Assembly: GCF_036321535.1 (NCBI RefSeq)
Contig: NC_087472.1
Span: 95,978,001-96,042,000, forward strand
Length of the DNA stretch: 64,000 nucleotides
From: Camelus dromedarius
Taxonomy: Eukaryota
Direction: 5' to 3'
The notes beneath the pieces were generated by a model. It made no database searches, had not been told where the DNA came from, and saw nothing but the letters and a program-made list of their open reading frames with translations. Both the position numbers and the translations under genes were made by a program. This document shows, in pieces, positions 49,125-60,650 of this stretch (the first letter of the stretch is position 1; each line of letters opens with the position of its first letter).

Positions 49125-52100
49125 AAATTAAAGATTAAAAGTTTATTCCTTAAAAAAAAAATCACCTAATATTTCTTTTCCATTTCTTTAACAAGAACCT
49201 ATGACACAAACAGAATGTTGAGTATTAAATTCTTTCCAAAACAATACAATCTCAGCATCCAAGTAATTTTAGCCCCTCATACCAAAGTTAGTGGTGCAAA
49301 ATGCTTTTTGGTGTAACCAACACTTAACGAGACATTTTCCCTGTGAGCAGAGTATTTCCTAAGTATACATATGGCGAAATGGCTTTAGAAAGTTATTTTG
49401 GCCACATCTTTTTGTATTGTATTTCACACTCCAGGCTAGAAGCCCAACTTAACTGAAGCTAAAAGTGTTAATAAATAAATAAACAAACAAACAAACAGGA
49501 CAGAACATAAGTCTGCCTACTACTAGTGCTGGTTTTAAAATATGCCTTGAGAAAGCTTGGGATTCAGTAAAACAGCTGAAAAAAGATACATCTTGAGCAC
49601 CAAATCCTAAGAATATTGTCCATCAATAACCAAAATAAATAATTCCTGTGAAGCGTCATTTCCCAAAGATTAAACAAAAGACTTGTTTGTGTTTGAAGGA
49701 AAAACAACTTTGGTTAATAAAGGAATCAATGAGGAAATACGGTTTTCAGCTTGTCTTAGGCCTAGATCACTTTTACTCACAATTTCAAAATCATACTCTT
49801 CCTAGTTAAGCTTTGTTGTCATTTGTTTGTATTTAAATATTTTCCAGGCGCCCAATTTCCCTTTCTTACATAACTGGCTGCCACAATTCTCAACTGCAAA
49901 TTTATTAAATGTCATAAGCACTTGAGAAAATAAGAAATAATCATGTAAAAACACAGTGAGGATAAACCAAAGCAGTTTCTCCATCAGAAAATGAGGCCCC
50001 GCACTCTGTGACAATCGCTCTGGGAAAGTTGTTTTGACAGTCATCAACAGCAAATAGAAATCTGTCCTCAACCTATATTATAGAAAATATTTAAGTACAG
50101 TTTTGTAAGCTCCAGACTATCCACAGATCTATAACAAGGTTGAGAAAGGCACAAACTACTATCTTTTCACATGCTCTGCTATAGTTTACAGCTTCTCCTG
50201 AATAGTTTTATAGCTCTTACTCAATTGAGGAAAAGAAAGGGGGGAAAAGGCTACACAAATCAGATCCACCCAACCAGGCTGGGGAAAAGATAGAGGAGGG
50301 AAGAGCAAAGTGCCTTTAAAAAGACTGTACATGCAATAATTATGTTTTCCTACTTTACCCCCTTCCTTCACCATGCATTACACTGTCAGCATGAGTCTTC
50401 CAGATGACTTTTAAGTGGCAATAAGGAAATAAGCATTCTGTTAACTGGGTAAAAGGTGGACAAAATAAATACAGTCAGCTAAGCCTTTCTGAAGACTATG
50501 GAATACCTGAAGTTACTTAATCAATACAAACGATACAACCTCCCTGGACTATGGATTCAACAACTGCATTGTTTTACTGAGAGTCATTTTCTTATATGGT
50601 GATTCAGAATTTTCGAAATGCTGCAGTGATGTTCTGCAGCAGCTATCAGAATGGTGAGATCCAATCAGCTCTGCTTGGGAAGGAAGACCCCTGAGTTTTA
50701 CATCAGTCCTGATTCTGGCTCAGTGGGACCCTATGGACTTCCATTTTTTCATTTGTAAAATGAGGGGTTTGGACTAAGTATAGCTCCTTTCGGTCTAAAT
50801 CAGATGAGTCCAGAAATCTAATGTTTAGCAATCTTTGGAAAAAATCTTCCACATATTCCATCTCTATTATTCTAATTTTTATTTTGCAGAGTTCTACACA
50901 ATGCAAGGACAAGAGTAAACCCGGATCTATTCCTCTCTATGGTTTCTACATTCCAAAGACCTTTGGGCACTACATACAATCCTCCTACTGAAGGCTACAA
51001 AGCTGTTGGTTTTATAAATTCTAAAGATTAAAAGGAGAAGCAAAGCCTTCTTAAGGCACCAGGCTTAACACTCCAGCTCAAAATACATGCAACGAGACCC
51101 TAGGCCTTGGAAGCATCAGACCCATCCCCATAAAGTTCACTCCCTGTGTGTACATCACTGCTGCACATGACTCTGATAATGCATGTGCATGCTCTGGATT
51201 CTGGCTGGTCAACTGATCCTGCTCAAAAGGGGTAAAATTAATATGGCCATGAAAGAGTATCCACTGTAAAATTCCGCAGATGCTTTTTCTAAAACATATT
51301 AACCCACCTGGCACACAGAGCAGCAACCCTTTGGGCCACGCACTGCACAGCACAGAACTCGGTTAGCGTCTCTGTAACACCAGCTACAGACACACTGGTA
51401 ACAAGAGCAAAATGCACTGAAGCCATAAGCTCTTCACGTCAGCTACTGACTGCCAGACAGCAAAACTAAGGACAAACTGAGAACATTAAAAACCACAGAC
51501 TGGACAATTCTTTTCAGGACCATGACTCCCAATTTTTCCCAGAGCATTCCCTAATAATGGGGCTTATAAGGAGAAAAACAGAAAAGGAAAGAAAAGTCAC
51601 TTCGCTGAAAATTTGAGCAGTTAAAGTTGTGTGTATCACTTAGTACTTTAAATAACAGGCATGGTGTGATTACATCTGTTTAAAACCCCACTAGTTATCT
51701 AACAAATGAACAGTTAAACCTCTTGCTTTCAAGATAATACCAAGTTGCATGAAAGAATCTCAAAGCACTTTATATACTACATGTCATTAACTCCCATAAA
51801 TCCTTGACAAGTGTGGCAAAAAGCCAGTGCTCCAAATATTATAAATGGGGAGAGCAGTGCAAAACAATGACAAGACATGTCAGAAATCATCCAGCAAAGA
51901 ACCCGAAGAAAGGAAGCAACTGCTTGTGCTCCCAAGTCAGCTTCCTAACTTTTATCTGGAAGCTACCTTTAAACAGCTTAAGAGGGAGGGATCAGAGTTC
52001 ATGTGACGGAAAAACCATCCCAGCCCAAGGCATACAAGCCTGAATAGAACATACGACAGTGTGGGCTCAGTGACCCCTTCCCCAGGCTTAGCAGAGACCC

Positions 52101-52924
52101 AAGGCGAGTACACAAACCCCAGACCCAGAACCCCTGAGCAAAAGGTGAAGCCCACCCTCTGCCCCTTATAAAGCTACAAGAGTGCAACCACCGTGGACAA
52201 AACCTTTTGCCTGGTTTTTAAAACAATTCTGAGATACACTTTGCAGGCAACAATCTCCTTGCAATTTTCTTGTATCTTTATGAAAAAAAGTGCCCTCGCT
52301 TCAAATACTCGCCCCAAGGCACTGCCACGGAGGACGCCAAGCTAGGCTGCACGACCACATCAAACTGAGGAACAGGCCGTGGCGAGGCTGCCGTGCAACA
52401 GGTGAAAGAAGCTGAAGCGGGGAGGGTGGAGTGGGCAGGGATTAGCAGCATCAGCCCTTCCAAAGATGCACTCACGGGGCCTTACTGCATCTCTTGTGAT
52501 AATCCTACATACTCCACTCAGAGCCACAGAACAGGCCTAGAGTTAAAAGGGATTTAAAGGTTATCTAGTCCAATCTCCGATCCAAAGGAGGCTTCTCTTT
52601 TCTACTATATACTTGTAATAGAATGGAAGCTTCTGTTTGATTTCTTCCACTACCTGACAGGGCAACTCTACTACCTGGCAGAGCTACTTGATAGAAAGTC
52701 CCTTATTGCTAGTTTCTGTCAATTAACACATCTCTACTTTCTGAAGCCACACAGTATAATCTCAGCCTTTCTTTACGTGACAGTCTAGTATTATAAAACA
52801 TAAATGTCAGACTTGTCCACTACATTTCATCTGTAGAATGGGCCTGTTCTCCCTTAACATGCTGATTCCGTTAGTCATTCATTTAAGAAGCACATGTTAC
52901 CTACCGGTCAAGAGAGAAAAATGA

Positions 52925-53140
52925 ACAATGACAACAGCAGCCGACCTTTACCTATCACTTACTAAGAGCCAGGAATCAGTCTTAGTGCTTTATGCCTAAT
53001 TCATTTCATCTTCCAAACACATGAGCTAAGCTTCCATTTTATAGATGAGGAGACTGATGCAGAGAGACGTTAACTAACTTTGCCCCCAGCCACACAGCTG
53101 ATTCCAGATGGACTGCTCTCTGTACTCTGGCTCCTATGCT
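52925..53140 (-). mobile_element. MIR SINE
   Basis: cacttactaagagccagg...agtgcttta...ccattttatagatgaggagactgatgcagagagacgttaactaactttgccc...cacacagct. Confidence 0.85.
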
Positions 53141-53554
53141 TACAAAACCCATGGTCTGGTAGGAAAAAAACTAACAGCCATCCCTCTCGGCTCTGTGACT
53201 TACCTGCAAATCTACTAAGGGCATGTTCTGTTTTCATTCAAAGCTCTACTGATAATGTTGGTCTGGACACAGTCACTGAGCCTCACCACAGAGTAATAGA
53301 GGGGCCCCTGTCATTTGGCAATAACAAACTAATAAAGCCTTTCTAGGGTACAGTTCAGTACTAGAGATTCCCCCCCAATTCTATTTGCATTCAGTTCACA
53401 TTGGTCTGATTGGACTGAAAGGATACCATGAGAAATTTTGTCAGGTTCTTCGAGAAAATCAGATTATATGATCTTGTTTGCTAAAAACTTACCAAAGGCA
53501 GAAAAATGAAATTGGCCCATCTTGTTTCTTTGTTGGTTTTAGAAGTAATCACTA

Positions 53555-54090
53555 ATTGTGGTGATGCTGAAAGGTAAGTTCTGTCATACACTACTGGCAG
53601 GCACATAGAAGAAGTATATTTTAAGAGTTCACATCCTTGATCCTAGAAATTCCACTTTTGACAATTTATCCTAAGGACATAATCAGAGATGCAGACCAAG
53701 ATTCATGTAGATGTTTATTACAACACTACTTATCACTGTAAAACACTAGAAGTAACACAAATGTGCTAAAGTAGGAATAAGGATAAATAAATTATGCAAC
53801 ATCTACTTGCTGAAATCGTAAAAGATCCAGTTTCTAAAAATATCTGATTACAAGGAAATGCTTATGATAGGTTAAATATAAATAGCCAGATACTCCACAA
53901 AAATGAACTATAATCTAAGTCATGTTTTTCAAAAATAGTATTCTTGTGAATATCATATAGCGAAAGATGGAAAGAAACATATAAAAAATAATTGTTAGAC
54001 TATGAAGTTTTAGTTGCTTTTTTTCCTGTATTTCCTAAGTATACTATAATGAACATGTATTAATTTTACAATCAGAAAAAAACACAATAA
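53555..54090 (+). mobile_element. Old L1ME-like 3' fragment
   Basis: catacactactgg...tgatcctagaaattccacttt..aatttatcctaagga...gataaataaattatg...tataatgaacatgtatta..tttacaatcagaaaaa. Confidence 0.75.
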
Positions 54091-55685
54091 AAACTATTAA
54101 GATAAGAAACTGCTGATATTTAACTGCTTTGACTTTCAAAACCAGTGTTTTCAAGTGGTTCAATCCAACATTAAGCCTAAAAGGAAAAACAAAATTAACA
54201 AGACTCCCTGTTCCTGGTGAACCAATACCAATCCTTAGTGACTGTGATAATATATGGAAAAACAATTGCTTAGTAATTTTTTCTAGAATTGTGTTCTTAA
54301 AAAGCTAGAATTTTCTGGAGTTCACCTTTCAGGAAACAGAATCAATGCTGCTGTTTTTGGTCTTCTAGAATGAAAACCTCAAGAAAATCCTGACATGGTT
54401 GTATGTAATTTGCATCCCAAATTACAAGAGTTATGACTTGATGGCCTTATTCCTACTCTGAAAAAAGCAACAGAAGGTTTTCCACCTTTTATTGTTTGAG
54501 GTGCTGAAGAGTCCCACCTTCAGGCCCAGGGCAATGTCCAAGTACTGCTTATATCACGTTCACTAGAGAGTTGAGAGCATGCGAAACATTCTGACTGATC
54601 TCTGATTCTTGACTTACTCTCTACAATCCCCATTTTATTGTACCAAAAAGATTCGAAGATCAATCTGTTCCAGGAAGGGGAGGTGGTCTCCAAGTCTGGC
54701 AGATGCCAGAACACCTATTGTCCAGGATTCCCCAGAGATTACCAATAGCCATTTCATAATCAAATTATTCTTCATCGAGTGTGTATCAAGGGTGAGGTGC
54801 TAGGAATTACAAGCACCTTCAGCACTCTGGGCTGAGATGTAATCCTACTGGCTGGGAGATGGACTTCATAAAGGAACACAAATTTTGAAATATGTTTTCA
54901 TTATCTTGAGCTTTAATTTATACTTCATGATTTATCCATAGTTTTTGCTATTATTGTTGAAGGTGAGGAGGTAGCTTTTTATCCAACAAAACTAATCTCC
55001 TTCTAGCTCCATTCCCACAGATCAACATGAATTAATCACAGGAAGATTTCAAGTTCTGTTGCTCTCTCGCAAAAAAAATTTTATTGAGTGACAATTATGT
55101 GCTGAGCTAGAATCAGAAACCTCTCTGCCCTCTCTGGTCAGAGAAGAGGGTGAGGAGAGGTGTAACTGAGAATTCAAAATAAAGAAAAGAAAAGGTTTAA
55201 TGGTTGTACAAATGGAAGATTCTTCACTCACCAAAAAGAAAAACTTCATTAACCTCATGAATTTAGAACTCTAGCTAGAAAAGAAGGCCCCCAAGGATGT
55301 GACATCATAAGGTTGCTCTGGAACTTCACTCCTACAAAAACAGCATCCCATACCTCTCTGGGCAAATTCTAGCAATGACCAAAGAATCCATGGAACCAAG
55401 AGTAGGAATTATTCTATGGACCAGGATGGCATTCTCTAACCCCCAGGCAATGTGCATCTTTCCTTCTTTCTTCAAATTTATCTCATTCATAGTGTATAGA
55501 ATTTGTTTACAGGTCAATGTCTTTCCTTTCCCTCTACGCTCTCAACTCAGACTACATTCAGGGACCCTTGACTCCCCAGGACTCAATACTGCACCTGACA
55601 CACAGGAAGCCAGATAAATGAACTGAATTTGGTGCATCTACAATTTTAAGAAAGAGCTCTCTGTTGAAGTATAGTAACGATGACC

Positions 55686-55710
55686 AAAAAAAAAAAAAAA
55701 AAAAAAAAAA
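55686..55710 (+). repeat. A25 mononucleotide run
   Basis: Seen directly. Confidence 0.95.
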
Positions 55711-55827
55711 CCTATTAAATCCTTTTCAGCAATCGGACTACCCAGTATTTTACTTACCAAGCATAAGAAGATAAATACTGTTGGTGTCCATGTTTCCTGT
55801 TTTCCAGAAGAGTGGCCATATTCATTT

Positions 55828-55980
55828 TAGCCACTTACAAGTAAAGAGACCTTGGCAATTTACTTAATCCCTTTGAGACTTTTTTCTTCATCTATGAAAA
55901 GGGATAAGATCCTCTACCCGCACGGTTGCAGAAGATTAAATGAAATGGAGTAAACGTACTGTATGTGGATAGCAGGCATC
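55828..55980 (+). mobile_element. MIR fragment
   Basis: gccacttac...gaccttggcaatttacttaatccctttgag...ttcttcatctatgaaaagggataa...agattaaatgaaat. Confidence 0.75.
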
Positions 55981-57784
55981 CAGCCAGAGACATTTCCCAG
56001 CTTCCACTTCATCCAACCAGGCTGTCCTCATCAATCACCTGATCGCTATTTTATGTTTCCAGCCATTCCACAGGTCACACTAAAGCACTTCGGTCTGAAT
56101 CTAATGAGGACCTGTTTTATTCCCTTCACAGCCTGTTCCCTCCCCACTTCATCAAAGCCTTTCCTAAACCACCCATGCCAGGAGCTGGCAGCCTTGGCTT
56201 CTTGGGTTTGATAGGTCTTTCCTTCTGCCTTCCCGCATTTACTTCTTACAGCAACCACTTTGAAAAAGCAAACTTTCAGGCTACATGGAAGATGGCAGAG
56301 TTCCTGTCTCCAGGAAGTAGACTGCGTAAGACTCAAGCTACAGCAGGACTTAGGGAGTAAGAAAACAGGTTGCCTTGGAAGGAAGCTTTACACTTTTCAT
56401 CACATGAGCAGTGAGCACCTCAGCTCTATTTTCAGGAAGATAATGACAGGCAGCAGAACGAAAACCCAGAAGCCCATCATCAAACCTGTAAATGGAAAGG
56501 CAACGTGAGACTGGACGGCACAACAGCCAACTTCCATGAACCCAGCCAGTGAAGCCCTGGGCCAGCACATACTTCACTTAAATCCCCCCATCTAATTAGT
56601 TCCAAGGGAAGATGTTGCGTGATATGATTACGAAAGAACAGGAGCAGAAAAGCTAAGGGTAATGCTTATGCAGAATGAAGAAAGAGCGACAGGGAAAGCA
56701 AGCCTCCAAATTCTGCCAAATCTACAATACAAAATTAATTGAAAAACTGGAAACCCTCATTGTGCTGAATATGAAGAAAAAGCAGAGTGATTACAACAGG
56801 AGGCAGTGTGCAGTATTGGTAACAGCATGACTTGGTGGCTTCAGCAAATAAAAGGGACACAACAGAGGCCAAAGATAGGAAGCCAAGGCAGAGGATGTGT
56901 GCTAATTCTCCCTTTTCCTCACAAGAAACAAATTACAACACAGGTTCACTTCATTACACCGCATGTAAAAGAATAAAGCACTGTTTCCGGGCAACAAACA
57001 CTTTAGGAGCTTAATATTCACTGTGCAGAATCCTAAAAAGTCAGTGAATGTCTTGGAATTTCACCACACAAACTTGCGTCACCACACTCTTTTGTGTCAG
57101 ACTGTTTCATTATCTTCAAGGCTTAGCATAATTGGAGCCTCAGTCTAAAAATAGGCTATTTTTTCCCTTTGCAATCTGATTGGTAAATAAAAGTTAGGGG
57201 AGTTTTTAGCCCCTTCATTTGTTTTAAACGACCGCTAGCTTCTGCTCATCAAGCAAAGATTACTGAATACATTTTCTGGATCTATTTGTTTATTCTGCTT
57301 ACGGCAAACACACTACGACCTTCACCACTGTGACAGGCAGTGAGTGCTACAGAGAAGCTATGCAGACATGCTCCCGAACCATCCCAGTTTCCGCCGTGGT
57401 GGACAGCACAGTGCCATGTATGCCACAAAACACATATGACAGAAGGAAGTATTCCTCCTCACCCCCGTCTCTCCACCCTTGCTTCATCACCCAATCCTCT
57501 TCCTGAAGAATTCTATTCTTAGGGCCTCATTAATTATGACCAACCAAATTAATTCCCTTATGGCTGGTGTCAAAAGACTGAGGAGGTAAAAAGAGAATCA
57601 ACACTCTTGGAAAACCTATAAACTGGCTGTAAATATTAACCAAGCCAGAATGAAACAGGTGAACCAGTCACATCTTCTCAAACAAAAATGGCTCCTAGCA
57701 CGGCAAAGATATAGTACTATTTTCTCCCATTCCACAGGCCTGCGGCATAGACACCCTCTCATAAAACACAGGCAAGGTATGCTG

Positions 57785-57915
57785 GGGGCAGTTAAGAATG
57801 CTTGGATGGCCTGATTTGAATCGTGGCTCTGTGATTGACCAGCCCCGTGATCTTGGGCAAGTTACTGACGATCTCCGTACTTCAGTTCTCCCAGCTTATA
57901 AAACGGAGATCATGG
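57785..57915 (+). mobile_element. MIR fragment
   Basis: gttaagaatg...tttgaatcgtggctctg...gtgatcttgggcaagttact...cttcagtt...ataaaacggagat. Confidence 0.7.
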
Positions 57916-58333
57916 CAGATAACCTCATGATTACCTGTCTCATAACCAGGCAAATTCAGACCTAACTTGACTGAGGCTTGGCTCCCATCCTCCACCCAGC
58001 CGCCATTCACAGGACCAGGTAAAAGCCTGAATCCAGATGCTGGATGAGGAGCAGCGGAGATGTTAGGAAATAACTAGCTCATGACCATTTCGATTTTCAG
58101 TACGTTTCTATACATCTAATAAATGAAAACATTTTCTCCTCCATGCCACCCTACACACACAGGAACTAAAAAACAAACTGGAAAACACTATTTTTCATAA
58201 ACTTCATAATAACATGACTCCTACACTTTACACAACTGGAAAAAACATTGTTTAAAATTCAGCTTATATGTTGCAGAAGGGCTTTACTCTCAGTATACAG
58301 TGCTTAGAACAGTGTCTAGCAAGCATTAAATGC

Positions 58334-58381
58334 TTAATATATATGTTAATTATAATATATAATAATTAACATATATATTAA
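58334..58381. repeat. Perfect 20-bp AT-rich inverted repeat with 8-nt spacer
   Basis: TTAATATATATGTTAATTAT (58334-58353) and ATAATTAACATATATATTAA (58362-58381). Confidence 0.95.
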
Positions 58382-59269
58382 TATATATTATTATTACCCC
58401 TAATTGAATGGTATATCTAATTTTTACTATTCATACACGGAGAAGAAAGTGAGACAGGATCTGTTTAGAAGTACATAGTAACTGCTACCCAACTTAAGTC
58501 AAGGGCCAGCCACACGAGCCACAATGAACTGAGTAGGGGAGGGGAGAACCAATATACTCGGTGAACTCATGAACATCAAACCCTTAGGAGCAAACGGCTG
58601 TAAGTATAAGCTGAGGTCATTAAGTTAAAGCGTTAGGAAGGCCGGGCTACATCACTCAGGGAAAGTGAGTTCTGAGAAAGCCTGAAAGAGATCACAGAAA
58701 TCCGTGCTGCAGGTGGACAAAGGGACAAAAAGCCAAAGAAACAACAAAGTAAAAACAGAAAACGGAAAATAATTTGGCAAATAGCCTACAAATGGGCCGT
58801 AACAGAGTAGACTTTTAAGTATTCAAGTGAGAGGAAAACGTAGCGGGAGTGAGAGAGGCTCTGAAGAGAGTGCAGACATGACCGCTAAGGGGCTGAGTTT
58901 CTGGCTAATGTTTACTGAGTGCTTATTATGTCTCGAATTCGGAATCAAAGCATTAACACACTCTCATTTACCTCACTGGGTAGTTACCATCCTTAAAAAC
59001 TAGAAAGCTGAGGATGAGATCGGTTAAATAAGCAGCAGGTCACCAGCCCAGGGAGCAGCAGAGCCACGCCCGGGCCACCCCCAGGAGCGCCGGGCCCCCA
59101 GGACCAGATTCCAGGTCTGCCACTTAGTTGAGGCGTTGCACAAGTTACTTCTCTGGGCCTCCAATCCCTCATCTATCAATTGGGGAGAATTACAATGTCC
59201 ACCGACAGCAGTTCTGGTCACCATCAGTGCACTAAGACAGCACCAGCTGAAGTCAATCATCACCTCCGT

Positions 59270-60650
59270 GTTCTGAAATTTGATGGAAAATTTTCAAAAC
59301 TATCACCAGTGCCTCTTTCCGATGGTCACCCAGCACCTCCCTGAAACACGCATCACTGGCTTTCACGACTCCTCCTGCTCCTACTTCTCTCCCCCTCTGG
59401 TGCCCTCTTCTATAGCTGACTTTTTTTTTCCCTACTGAATTCTTGAGTTTTATTTTTACATTGTGTGTATATATATATGTTTTTATTGAAGTATAGCCAG
59501 TTTATAATGTTGTGTCAACTTCTGGTGTACAGCACAATACTTCAGTCATACATAAACATACATATATTCTTAATAAGTCCCTCCTCCACCTCCTTGCCAT
59601 TCCACACCAGGACCTGCAAGACTGGGCCCTCCGCCCACTTCCCTTTCTACTTCCTCTCTCCTCTCCCAAAGTAATCTCATCCACGTCATGGCTTAATGAC
59701 CTCAATTCACCAATAACTCCTCAATTCATATCATGCCACCTCAAAATGAACATGTCCAATATCAGACTGCTCATCCTTCCCTCCCCTGGCCCCAAATGCT
59801 GACATCTTCCAATGCTCCTCACCTCAGTGAGAGGCAGGCCGCCCATCTACCTGCACAAGTCAGCCAGCCAGGAGTCGTCCTTGATATTTTCCCCACCCTA
59901 AGCCCTACATCCAACCTGCCACCAGATTTACTGATTCTTCTTCTCTTACATCTCCATCACGTCTCTATTCTTCTCCCTCCCCTGACAGCCACCACACTAG
60001 CCAAGCTACCAACACCGCAAGCCTGGAATACCTTAGGTAAGAGCCTACTAACTAGTGTCCCTCATCTACTGCGACCCTTCCAATTCACTCAGCCAGAGTG
60101 ATCTTCTCAAAATGCAGATGGGAACCAATCCCTCAAGCTTACAAAGAACCTACTTATGTCCACCCCTTGCTCGATATGGCCAGCAAGGCCGGCATGCTGT
60201 GACCCCTGGCCTTGTCTCCAGCCTCACTTCCCATCACTCCCCAGTTCCTCTCCACACCCCGGCTACAGCAGCCTCCCCTCACTTCCTTGACCATGTACGT
60301 AACGCTTCGGCCCGCCACAGGACCTCTGCACGTGGCATCCCTCCCCCTGGAATGATGATCCCTGTAAGCCTTTAGCTACTAAACTCCAGCACACACTTTT
60401 CAGATGTCAGCTCAAGTGTCACATGCTCAGAAAAGCTCTGATCCTTCAGAGGGCCTTTGTTAGCAGCACTCAGAAATTCCCAGTCCTTTTCTTGGCACTG
60501 ATTTGCTCTTGGATTGGCATGATTATTCATCTGACAATTTGCTTAGTGGCTCTCCCCTACCACAATGAAAACCCCATGATGACAAGGACGTTGAACACTT
60601 CAATTTACCACTGGATCCTGAACACACCAGCACCAGGCCTAACACCTTGT
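59270..60650 (+). mobile_element. L2 element, about 1.2 kb of the 3' region, interrupted by an L1 fragment
   Basis: cacctcaaaatgaacatgtccaa...cagccaggagtcgtccttga...cagccagagtgatcttc.caaaatgcagat...cttccttgaccatg...tcagctcaagtgtcac. Confidence 0.85.
59420..59572 (-). mobile_element. L1 extreme 3' end (artiodactyl/camelid type) nested in L2
   Basis: tttttattgaagtatagccagtttataatgttgtgtcaacttctggtgtacagcac...tcagtcatacata. Confidence 0.8.
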
